Of a DNA stretch of 64,000 nt, positions 1 through 8,048 are shown one piece after another. Every line of letters starts with the position of its first letter. Positions within the stretch are counted from its first letter, which is position 1. Source of the DNA: Mangrovimonas sp. YM274. GTDB lineage: Bacteria > Bacteroidota > Bacteroidia > Flavobacteriales > Flavobacteriaceae. A program made the position numbers and the translations under genes. Below the pieces are notes generated by a model that saw nothing but the letters and a program-made list of their open reading frames with translations, searched no databases and had not been told where the DNA came from. The DNA is taken from positions 1,658,128-1,722,127 of the forward strand of contig NZ_CP133091.1 in NCBI RefSeq assembly GCF_030908385.1. Direction: 5' to 3'.

Positions 1-1
1 T

Positions 2-334
2 GAAGATTTAAAACCTCTCTTTACTATGGTTGAAATGTTTGGTATAAGGATTAGGGTGGTGCATATACAACAGAAAAGTAGATTGAGTGCTGAACAAAGA
101 AATAATTATACGCTGTTAAAGGAGCTTTTGGCCAATTATGATCATAGTTTTCATTCTATGCCCAATTACACAAGTAAAACCAATGAAATTTTTGATTTTG
201 TGGAAGAATTGGATATTGACATGCTGGTAATGATTAATTACAGGCACAGTATTTTGCAACGGTTTACTAGAGAGCCCGTGATAAAAAATATAGGGTATCG
301 GCCTGCGGTTCCCTTTATGGTCATTCCAGGTTAA
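2..334 (+). CDS. Universal stress protein (UspA family), C-terminal fragment; the 5' end lies outside the window
   Basis: The open frame runs from the window edge. Its C-terminal motif (NEIFDFVEELDIDMLVMINYRHS...REPVIKNIGYRPAVPFMVIP) closely matches the C-termini of the Usp paralogs at 395-1249 and 6068-6907. Confidence 0.7.
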   Translation, partial: EDLKPLFTMVEMFGIRIRVVHIQQKSRLSAEQRNNYTLLKELLANYDHSFHSMPNYTSKTNEIFDFVEELDIDMLVMINYRHSILQRFTREPVIKNIGYRPAVPFMVIPG

Positions 335-394
335 AACCTAAAAGGATTTTACTCTTCTAAAGAAATAGATTTATAATTTTTAAACCTAGGAGTC

Positions 395-1249
395 ATGAGA
401 AAGAAAATATTACTACCAACAGACTTCTCAAAAAATGCTTGGCAAGCAATGAACTATGCCATTGAACTATACCAAAACGATCATTGCGATTTTTATGTAC
501 TCAACGTGTTTACGGCCACCAGTAATATACTGGAAAGCTTATTAAATATGGAGCCTGGAAGTGAGCTCTATGAAACGGCTAAATCCAATTCCGAAGATGG
601 TTTGGCAGAGGTAATGGATAAATTAACGTTTAAGTATGACCACAATCCTAAGCACCATTTTGAAAGTATATCCACATTTAATAATCCTATTGAGGCTATC
701 AAGGAGGTGGTAGAGCGCAAGGATATTGATATGATTGTAATGGGAACCAAAGGGGAAACGGGATCGGAGCATGTGGCCTATGGAAGTACAGCGGTATATG
801 TCATGGAAAAGGTGCGTAACTGCCCGGTAATAGTAGTGCCTGAGGCTAGTAAAGTAGCATTGCCTAAGGAGATCGTTTTTCCAACAAGTTTTAAAACGCA
901 TTACAAAAAGCGGGAGTTGGCGTATCTCATAGAACTAGCACAAAACACTGGAGCTACTATTGCCATATTGTATGTGTCTGAGGATGACAATTTGGACGGG
1001 AATCAAATTGAACAAAAGGAAATGTTGGAAGAGCAATTGGAAGATGTGCCTTGCCAACACCATACTTTGCATTATCAGGCAGTGGAGCCAGCCGTAAATA
1101 TGTTTGTGGAAAGTAGAGATAGTGATATGGTGGCATTTATTAACAAAAAACATTCATTTTTTGGAAGTATTCTAAGTAATCCAATGGTGAAAAACATAGG
1201 ATTCCATTCTAGGGTACCAATTTTGGTCATGCATGATTTAAGAAATTAA
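395..1249 (+). CDS. Universal stress protein with tandem Usp domains
   Basis: 284 aa. The N-terminus MRKKILLPTDFSKNAW and the glycine-rich ATP-binding-type segment GTKGETGSEH..VVP are typical of UspA. It has two Usp-like halves. Confidence 0.85.
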   Translation: MRKKILLPTDFSKNAWQAMNYAIELYQNDHCDFYVLNVFTATSNILESLLNMEPGSELYETAKSNSEDGLAEVMDKLTFKYDHNPKHHFESISTFNNPIEAIKEVVERKDIDMIVMGTKGETGSEHVAYGSTAVYVMEKVRNCPVIVVPEASKVALPKEIVFPTSFKTHYKKRELAYLIELAQNTGATIAILYVSEDDNLDGNQIEQKEMLEEQLEDVPCQHHTLHYQAVEPAVNMFVESRDSDMVAFINKKHSFFGSILSNPMVKNIGFHSRVPILVMHDLRN

Positions 1250-1272
1250 GTGGCTGTTTAAGAAAATAACGA

Positions 1273-2124
1273 ATGGTTAATCAAAATTGGGATATCACTA
1301 AATCATCGGGAGAGCGGGTTAGCTTCTCCATCCCAAAATTAAAGGCTTCATTAAGGCGTGTAGGGGCAAGTGATGTGGTTATCAATCAAATTATTGATAA
1401 GGTTAGAGATGAGCTTTATCAAGGTATTTCTACCAAGGAAATCTATAATAGAGCCTTTGCCTTGCTTAAGAAGAAGAGTAGATATTTGGCCTCCAAGTAC
1501 AAGCTGAAAAGAGCAATTTATGAATTGGGGCCAACAGGGTATCCTTTTGAACAGTTTGTGGCTGCAATTTTAAATTATTCGGGCTATAACACTGAGGTAG
1601 GCCAAATTTTACAGGGGCAATGTGTGCCTCACGAAATTGATGTAATTGCCCATAAAAATTCCGAAACAACCATAGTGGAGTGCAAGTTCCATAGTGAACA
1701 AGGACAAAATTGTAATGTCAAAATACCATTGTACATACATTCCAGGTACCAAGATGTCAAGACGCATTGGAATTCTAATGCGAATAATCATTCCATACTT
1801 ACCGATGGGTGGTTGGTTACCAATACCCGATTCACAAAGGATGCTTTGCAATATGGGAAATGTTGTGGATTGTATTTGCTTAGTTGGGATTATCCCGAAG
1901 GTAATGGATTGAGGGATAGAATCGATCGTTTGGGGTTATACCCTATTACAGTTTCTACATTGCTTACCAATAGGGAAAAACAATTTTTATTGAGCAGGGA
2001 TGTCGTGTTGTGTCGCGACCTAATGGGAGATGCCTTTTATTTGGATCATTTAGGGGTTTCTGAAACCCGAAAGGAACGCATTTTAAAAGAAATAGAACAA
2101 TTGTGTAATCTACCTCATGACTGA
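1273..2124 (+). CDS. ATP-cone domain protein fused to an Mrr-like PD-(D/E)xK restriction endonuclease domain
   Basis: 283 aa. The N-terminus (RVSFSIPKLKASLRRVGASDVVINQIIDKVRDELYQGISTKEIYNRAF) resembles the NrdR/RNR ATP-cone. The C-terminus carries a D..(E-C-K) nuclease core (HEIDVIAH...TIVECKFH). The gene starts 24 nt after the Usp stop and its end overlaps the next gene by 8 nt. Confidence 0.7.
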   Translation: MVNQNWDITKSSGERVSFSIPKLKASLRRVGASDVVINQIIDKVRDELYQGISTKEIYNRAFALLKKKSRYLASKYKLKRAIYELGPTGYPFEQFVAAILNYSGYNTEVGQILQGQCVPHEIDVIAHKNSETTIVECKFHSEQGQNCNVKIPLYIHSRYQDVKTHWNSNANNHSILTDGWLVTNTRFTKDALQYGKCCGLYLLSWDYPEGNGLRDRIDRLGLYPITVSTLLTNREKQFLLSRDVVLCRDLMGDAFYLDHLGVSETRKERILKEIEQLCNLPHD

Positions 2125-3499
2125 TATGAAAAATTACGCTACCATCCATTTTTTAGGAGCATCAGGAGTTGTGACGGGTTCCAAATTTTTTATCGAAACT
2201 TCGGAAATGAATATTTTGGTGGACTGTGGTATGTTTCAGGGGCTAAAAGAGTTGCGGGAACATAATTGGCAAGATTTGCCCATTGATGTAAAGAAAATTG
2301 ACGTGGTTCTTTTAACTCATGGGCATTTGGACCATGTAGGCTACCTACCAAGATTGGTGCAAAAGGGGTTTTCGGGGAAAGTGATAGGGACGGCTCCAAC
2401 CTTGGCTATTGCAGAAATTATTTTAAAAGATAGTGCCAAGATTCATGAGGAGGAGGCCGAAAAAGCGAATAAAGAACAGTATTCGAAGCACCATCCGGCC
2501 TTACCGTTTTATACAGAAAGGGACGTTGAAAAAACTTTGCAATTGTTTCAGGTAGGAATCCAAGATACTTGGTTGAACCTTTCAGAACATATTACTTACA
2601 GGTTTCGTTATAACGGACACATAATTGGTGCTACTTTTATTGAGTTGGATATCAATGGAAAACGCTTTGTGTTTTCTGGTGATGTGGGGCGATGGGATGA
2701 TTATTTGCTCAACGATCCCAAAACCCCGGAATGGGCTGATTATTTATTTGTGGAAAGCACCTATGGGAATAAATTGCATCCGCAAGAAGATGTTGAGGAA
2801 GTGATTTCGCAATTGGTTTTGGATACACTGCAACAGCAAGGCAACCTTATTATTCCCAGTTTTGCCGTTGAGCGTTTGCAAACCTTGGTTTATATTCTTT
2901 GGAAACTTTATAAAGCAAACAGAATACCCAATATCCCTATATTTATTGATAGTCCCATGGGTACTAATGTGTTATCTGTTTTTAAGCGCTTTCCTAAATG
3001 GCACAAATTGTCCATGCAGGAATATCAGGCCATGTGTGAGCATATAAACATTGTGGAATCATTTGGAGAGACTTGGGAAACCATAGATGATCCAAGGCCA
3101 AAAATTGTTATTGCGGGCAGCGGAATGGTTACTGGCGGAAGAGTGCTTACCTATCTACAGCAGTATATAGATGTGCCCAATACAACGGTATTGTTGGTAG
3201 GCTATCAAGCAGAAGGGACTCGTGGAAGACTGTTAAAGGATGGCGCTCATGAAATTAAATTCTATGGAAAATACTATACAGTAAGGGCTTCAATAAAGTG
3301 TATTGAAAGTCTTTCGGCACATGCAGATCAAGACGATTTGCTGCATTGGCTTAGAACTATTAAAAACATTCCTGAAAAGGTATATTTGGTCCATGGAGAG
3401 CTACCTGCTTTAGATGCATTCAGACTGAAAATAGCGGACGAGTTTGGTTGGAAAACAACAATTCCAAAATTGTTCGATACGGATAAAGTAATGTTATGA
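2117..3499 (+). CDS. MBL-fold metallo-hydrolase, beta-CASP / RNA-metabolising type
   Basis: 460 aa. It has the HxHxDH zinc motif (LTHGHLDHVGYLP), downstream conserved D/H residues, and a C-terminal RNA-specificity-like domain. It is translationally coupled to the upstream ATP-cone gene by an 8 nt overlap. Confidence 0.8.
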   Translation: MTDMKNYATIHFLGASGVVTGSKFFIETSEMNILVDCGMFQGLKELREHNWQDLPIDVKKIDVVLLTHGHLDHVGYLPRLVQKGFSGKVIGTAPTLAIAEIILKDSAKIHEEEAEKANKEQYSKHHPALPFYTERDVEKTLQLFQVGIQDTWLNLSEHITYRFRYNGHIIGATFIELDINGKRFVFSGDVGRWDDYLLNDPKTPEWADYLFVESTYGNKLHPQEDVEEVISQLVLDTLQQQGNLIIPSFAVERLQTLVYILWKLYKANRIPNIPIFIDSPMGTNVLSVFKRFPKWHKLSMQEYQAMCEHINIVESFGETWETIDDPRPKIVIAGSGMVTGGRVLTYLQQYIDVPNTTVLLVGYQAEGTRGRLLKDGAHEIKFYGKYYTVRASIKCIESLSAHADQDDLLHWLRTIKNIPEKVYLVHGELPALDAFRLKIADEFGWKTTIPKLFDTDKVML

Positions 3500-3532
3500 T
3501 TTTTAAAATATAATAACACCTTTTTTAGTATT

Positions 3533-3540
3533 TATATTTG
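3533..3540 (+). promoter_or_regulatory. Putative Bacteroidetes sigma-A -7 box (TATATTTG) for hsp20
   Basis: It is an exact TAnnTTTG match about 105 nt upstream of the Hsp20 ATG. The same octamer sits upstream of both tRNAs. Confidence 0.35.
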
Positions 3541-3645
3541 TGGAAATCAGCTTGTTAATTTTGTGTTAGCTGATATTTATCATTTTATTTTTTCTTCAAT
3601 ATCCTTACATTGTTGTTGGTAAGTTTAACCATTAAAATTAAGGTC

Positions 3646-4101
3646 ATGTCACTTATTAAATTTAACAATCGAAACCGATTACTCCCTTTTTGGGATAATG
3701 AGGGTTTAAAATCGCTGTTGGGCTCTGATGCGTTTTTCAACAACGATTTATTTGACGAGGACAATTCAATGCCTGCCATGAATGTTACCGAACATGATAA
3801 GGACTTTGAAATTGAATTTGCAGCTCCTGGGTTCTCTAAAAAGGACTTTGAAGTGACTATGGATGATAATGTGCTACGTGTTTGCGGTAAAAAGGAAAAT
3901 GAAGTGGAGGAAGAAGAAGAACACGGTTATAAGCGCAGAGAATTTAACTATAATTACTTTGAACGCTCTTTGAAATTACCAAAATCTGTGGCTACAGAAC
4001 AAGATGTTAAAGCAAAATACAAAGATGGTATTTTAAAGTTGCACCTTCTTAAAAAGGAGAATGCCAACGAGCCTTTAAAAAAAGTTATTGAGGTTAATTG
4101 A
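3646..4101 (+). CDS. Hsp20/alpha-crystallin family small heat-shock protein
   Basis: The ATG at 3646 gives 151 aa; the track ORF from 3610 uses an upstream TTG. It has an alpha-crystallin core (DFEIEFAAPGFSKKDFEVTMDDNVLRV...AKYKDGILKLHL). Confidence 0.9.
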   Translation: MSLIKFNNRNRLLPFWDNEGLKSLLGSDAFFNNDLFDEDNSMPAMNVTEHDKDFEIEFAAPGFSKKDFEVTMDDNVLRVCGKKENEVEEEEEHGYKRREFNYNYFERSLKLPKSVATEQDVKAKYKDGILKLHLLKKENANEPLKKVIEVN

Positions 4102-4108
4102 TAGTTGA

Positions 4109-4152
4109 AAAGGCAGAGGGTAGATTAATACAGACTTTCTGCCTTTTTTTAC
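4109..4152 (+). terminator. Rho-independent terminator after hsp20
   Basis: The stem aaaggcaga / tctgccttt is followed by a T7 tract. Confidence 0.6.
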
Positions 4153-4212
4153 TTTTAAAGAGATTTGAGTTATCTGTAGAAGTCTCTTAGACTAAGTGAT
4201 AGTGTTTCCGAA

Positions 4213-4941
4213 ATGTTGACCAAGTACCTTCCTGTTTTTGTATTGCTTTCCTTGCTTGCAGAAGTTTTGGGAACAATTGGAGGCTTTGGATCTTCTGTGT
4301 ACTTTGTACCAATAGCCAACTTTTTCTTTGATTTTCAATCAGTTTTAGGGCTTACAGCCTTATACCATCTGGCAAGCAATACCAGTAAAATTGTTTTGTT
4401 CAAAAAAGGATTTGATAAAAAGCTGGTTTTAACATTGGGTATTCCTGCGGTTATTTTTGTGTCTGTAGGAGCATATTTTAGTAAATATTTTAATCCTAAG
4501 GTATTAACGTATGTGTTGGGAGCATTTTTAATGCTCATGAGTTTAATTTTTTTAATATTCAGTAAACTTCGCGTTATTCCCAATGCTCCAAATGCCATTG
4601 TAGGTGGCTCGCTGTCTGGATTAAGTGCGGGACTTTTGGGAACTGGAGGTGCCATAAGGGGGATTACCATGGCTGCTTTTAAAATGGATAAGGATAAATT
4701 TATTGCTACTTCAGCGGTGATAGATTTGGCGGTAGATTTTAGTCGTACCATTGTTTATTATCTCAATGGGTATATGCGCAAGGAGTTGATGTATCTTGTT
4801 CCTATTTTAATTTTGGTGAGTATTGTAGGGACTTGGATTGGCAAAAAAATACTAGAGCGGGTATCTCAAGATCAGTTTCGAAATTTTGTATTAGTTCTCA
4901 TCTTTCTTATTGGTATCGTTAGTATTGTTACCAATAAATAG
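4213..4941 (+). CDS. TSUP/TauE-SafE family (DUF81) membrane exporter
   Basis: 242 aa and polytopic. It has the two-fold repeated Gly-rich TauE motifs (GTIGGFGSS.. and LGTGGAIRG). Confidence 0.8.
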   Translation: MLTKYLPVFVLLSLLAEVLGTIGGFGSSVYFVPIANFFFDFQSVLGLTALYHLASNTSKIVLFKKGFDKKLVLTLGIPAVIFVSVGAYFSKYFNPKVLTYVLGAFLMLMSLIFLIFSKLRVIPNAPNAIVGGSLSGLSAGLLGTGGAIRGITMAAFKMDKDKFIATSAVIDLAVDFSRTIVYYLNGYMRKELMYLVPILILVSIVGTWIGKKILERVSQDQFRNFVLVLIFLIGIVSIVTNK

Positions 4942-4949
4942 TTATCATT

Positions 4950-5798
4950 TTAATGACCATGAAAAATCAATAAAGGTAATATTAGGTTGTTACTTATTCT
5001 TGAGGTCGAGGAGGTAGAAAGGTAACGTTCAAAGAAGCGTTCCTTATGAGTTATAAGGGTTACCAAATCTATGGGTTGGGTTTGGATATAGCTATGTGCA
5101 GCAAAATATACAGGTACGTTGTTTATGGTATGGTATTGATAGTTGATGTTATGGTTGAGTGTTTTTAAAATATTTTGATCCTCCAATTGCTTTTGTGTTT
5201 CTTCTCGGGAACCGTTGGCCTCAACTCTCAGCACATGAAGTGTCTTGCTATAATTGGTTACAAAGGGTATTATGCCATCTGTAAAAGCAGTGTCTTTTAA
5301 AGAAGTCTCGCCATCCAAAGGTAGCACTAAGTTGTTGGGAGGACGAAAGGCAAAACCTTCAGGAATGACCAAAGTGGTACAATTAACTTTTCTAATAACA
5401 TTGATGGTGTTGCTTCCAAAGATGATTTCTTTAGCTCCAGTTGCTCCATTTGTGCCCATTATTACAATATCGATAGCTTTGGAGTTGATTACTTGTTGAA
5501 TGGAATTGGTTAGGATGTCGAAATCAACCATATATTCTATACGGCCTTTAGGAAGATTAAATTCTCCTTGCAGAGTATCAACTAGGGTAGCAAGTTTCTT
5601 TTTGGCTGGTTCTATTAGGGATTGATATAAGGGTTTGGGGCCAGAAGCCATTAAGTCGTCAGTAGTGTAGGCCGAGGCACTTTTAACATGCAGCAGATAG
5701 TAATTTACGTCTCTATTCCTGAACAAATTCAACGCGTAGTGAATGGCATTGATGGAGTTTTGCGAAAAGTCTGTTAGCAGCAATATGGTTTTCATCAC
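4950..5798 (-). CDS. Universal stress protein with tandem Usp domains
   Basis: 282 aa. The N-terminus MMKTILLLTDFSQNS and the segment GTNGATGAKEIIFGS are typical of Usp. Confidence 0.85.
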   Translation of the reverse strand: MMKTILLLTDFSQNSINAIHYALNLFRNRDVNYYLLHVKSASAYTTDDLMASGPKPLYQSLIEPAKKKLATLVDTLQGEFNLPKGRIEYMVDFDILTNSIQQVINSKAIDIVIMGTNGATGAKEIIFGSNTINVIRKVNCTTLVIPEGFAFRPPNNLVLPLDGETSLKDTAFTDGIIPFVTNYSKTLHVLRVEANGSREETQKQLEDQNILKTLNHNINYQYHTINNVPVYFAAHSYIQTQPIDLVTLITHKERFFERYLSTSSTSRISNNLILPLLIFHGH

Positions 5799-6043
5799 AT
5801 TTTTTTATTAGGCTTCCTATAAAGGTACCCAAGAATTGTGACAATATCCATGACTTTCCTCATAAATACGGAGGATACTTGGTTTTCAAATGTTTCATAC
5901 CTAGTATTTTGTAGATATTGTAAATAACCTAGCAAAGCAGCGGATGCTCTAGAAAGCCATTTGTTTGTTGGGTTGTTGTGAGAGATAACTGATTAATGTC
6001 ATTGTGTAACGAAACTATTTGTCTTAAATTTAGGGTTCAAAAA

Positions 6044-6057
6044 TTGACGTACATCAA
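6044..6057. promoter_or_regulatory. Near-perfect palindrome TTGACgtacATCAA (a CRP/FNR-type TTGAT-N4-ATCAA box)
   Basis: The sequence is read directly. It lies 10 nt upstream of the Usp ATG at 6068 and about 245 nt upstream of the divergent Usp. Confidence 0.3.
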
Positions 6058-6067
6058 CACTACAATA

Positions 6068-6907
6068 ATGAAATACCAGATATTATTACCAACTGATTTC
6101 TCTGATAATGCGTGGAATGCCACGATTTACGCTCTCAAATTGTTTTCTCAAGAAGAGTGTACTTTCTATTTATTGCATTCTAAAAATGAAAAGGTGTCTG
6201 CAATGGCCAATATGTCTAAAAAATATAATGATGTTTTAAGAGCTAACAACTTGCAGGAGCTTACCAAGTTAAAGGAGACTGTTGAGGCTACAAACAGTAA
6301 TCCCAACCATTCTTTTGAAGTCATTTTAAGTGCGGGAGGCTTGGGCGAGTCTATAGAGGCCTATGTTAAAAAATATGATATCAATTTGATTGTCATGGGG
6401 ACCAAGGGAGCAAGTGGAGCTAAAGGCTTCTTGTTTGGTAGTAATACGGTGGGGATTATAGGGAGAATCAAGAAATGTCCAATTTTGGCCATTCCGGAAA
6501 AAAGTGAATTTGAAGCACCAAAACAAATTGCATTTCCAACAGACTATAATAGATTTTACAGCCCAAGCGAAATGGGGCCAATCAAACGGGTTGCGGAATT
6601 GTTCAATTCCAAAATAAATGTGGTGCATATCAATACAGAAGAGGGGCTTAATGAAATTCAAAGCTATAACGTAAAAGCTATTAAGGAATATCTACAAGAT
6701 TTTGATCATGACTTTCATTGGATGCCTCATTATGCGAAAAAGGCAACAGAAATTAATGATTTTGTTGAAGAACACAATATAGATATGTTGGCAATGGTTA
6801 GCTACCAACATAGTTTCTACGAAAGTTTAACAAGAGAACCTGTGATTAAAAAGATAGGCAGCCAGTTAAAAGTGCCATTTTTAATTATACCAGAAAGTAA
6901 GCATTAG
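6068..6907 (+). CDS. Universal stress protein with tandem Usp domains
   Basis: The ATG at 6068 (MKYQILLPTDFSDNAW) is aligned with the paralog starts; the track ORF from 5996 has a non-homologous extension. It has the GTKGASGAKGFLFGS motif. Confidence 0.85.
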   Translation: MKYQILLPTDFSDNAWNATIYALKLFSQEECTFYLLHSKNEKVSAMANMSKKYNDVLRANNLQELTKLKETVEATNSNPNHSFEVILSAGGLGESIEAYVKKYDINLIVMGTKGASGAKGFLFGSNTVGIIGRIKKCPILAIPEKSEFEAPKQIAFPTDYNRFYSPSEMGPIKRVAELFNSKINVVHINTEEGLNEIQSYNVKAIKEYLQDFDHDFHWMPHYAKKATEINDFVEEHNIDMLAMVSYQHSFYESLTREPVIKKIGSQLKVPFLIIPESKH

Positions 6908-7085
6908 GAGCTTTAAAACATAACCGCATCTATATTGCCGTAGAAGCTATTATATATAAGATGTTTACGAAGAAAGCAAGCCCTTTTTTACGGGAGCACA
7001 AGATATAAGGTAATATTAACGTTTACTTTGTGATGTCTTGTTGTAAAAGCTTTAATTTTAAGGTGTTAATCATTAATGAGATGTT

Positions 7086-7580
7086 ATGGATACCCTTAAA
7101 AAACTTCAGGACGAATTATCAGAGGAATATCATATTACCAAAAAGTTTTTCAGATTGTACCCTGATAATAAGAACGACTATGCTCCTCATGAAAAGAGTA
7201 TGAAAATGGGGCATTTAAGCACCCATATTTCAGAAATATTTGGATGGCCAGAAGTCATTTTGACAACTAGTGAGCTGGATTTTATGAAGGCAGAGCCTCC
7301 TAAAGCATTAGAAAACGCGAATGATTTAGAGCAGGCGCTTGATGAGAAGTTTGAAAACAATAAGGCATCATTTGAAGGTGCCAGTGAAACCGATTTGAGT
7401 AGCCCATGGGCATTGAAGATGAATGGGCAAACCGTTGCAGAATGGTCCAAATATGGGGCCATACGGCATGCACTCAATCAAATAACCCATCATAGGGCTC
7501 AATTGGGAGTATATTACCGTTTGTTGGGGATTCCGGTTCCAGGTAGTTACGGGCCTTCTGCAGATGAGCAAAATTTTTAA
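7086..7580 (+). CDS. DinB/YfiT-like (DinB_2) metal-dependent hydrolase fold protein
   Basis: 164 aa. The spaced His residues (HLSTHISE ... HALNQITHHRAQLGVY) are typical of the DinB_2 four-helix bundle. Confidence 0.75.
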   Translation: MDTLKKLQDELSEEYHITKKFFRLYPDNKNDYAPHEKSMKMGHLSTHISEIFGWPEVILTTSELDFMKAEPPKALENANDLEQALDEKFENNKASFEGASETDLSSPWALKMNGQTVAEWSKYGAIRHALNQITHHRAQLGVYYRLLGIPVPGSYGPSADEQNF

Positions 7581-7592
7581 AAATAGAAGCCT

Positions 7593-7910
7593 ATGTTTGC
7601 TGTAATATATTCATTTAAAGTAAAAGAAGGTTTGGAAGCTACCTTTCAAAATGCTTGGCGAGAACTTACGGAACTTGTACATCAATATGAAGGAGGTTTA
7701 GGGTCGCGACTGCATAAAAAGAATGAGTCACTTTATATTGCTTATGCTCAGTGGCCCGATTATGAGTCCTGGCAAAAGGCAGGAAAGAATCTCCCTGAGA
7801 GTTCCAATAAGATTAGAAAGATATTGAGGGATTCCTGCGAGCAATTTGAAACCCTGTACGAGCTGGATGTGGTGGAGGATTTGCTTAAAGAAGAGGCCTA
7901 TTCAGAATAA
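7593..7910 (+). CDS. Antibiotic biosynthesis monooxygenase (ABM/Dabb) family protein
   Basis: 105 aa. It has the ferredoxin-like ABM pattern (FAVIYSFKVKEG...AWRELTELVHQYEGGLGSRLHK...). Confidence 0.65.
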   Translation: MFAVIYSFKVKEGLEATFQNAWRELTELVHQYEGGLGSRLHKKNESLYIAYAQWPDYESWQKAGKNLPESSNKIRKILRDSCEQFETLYELDVVEDLLKEEAYSE

Positions 7911-7928
7911 AAGTTTAGAAAAGCGCTC

Positions 7929-7957
7929 ACTGTAAAGTGGGCGCTTTTGGGTTATAA
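7929..7957 (+). terminator. Putative intrinsic terminator
   Basis: The stem agcgctcac / gtgggcgct has one mismatch and is followed by tttt. Confidence 0.45.
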
Positions 7958-8048
7958 ACTAAGCATGTGTCAAAATCCCTTGGTAACCTAAGTTACTGAC
8001 AACCCCTTTTTTCAAATGTATTTTTGTCCCAACATTTAAGAATACATT

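Noticed and set aside
4335-4751. A 138 aa ORF antisense to the TauE/SafE gene.
   Set aside because: It is embedded in a well-supported membrane protein gene on the other strand and has no domain signature.
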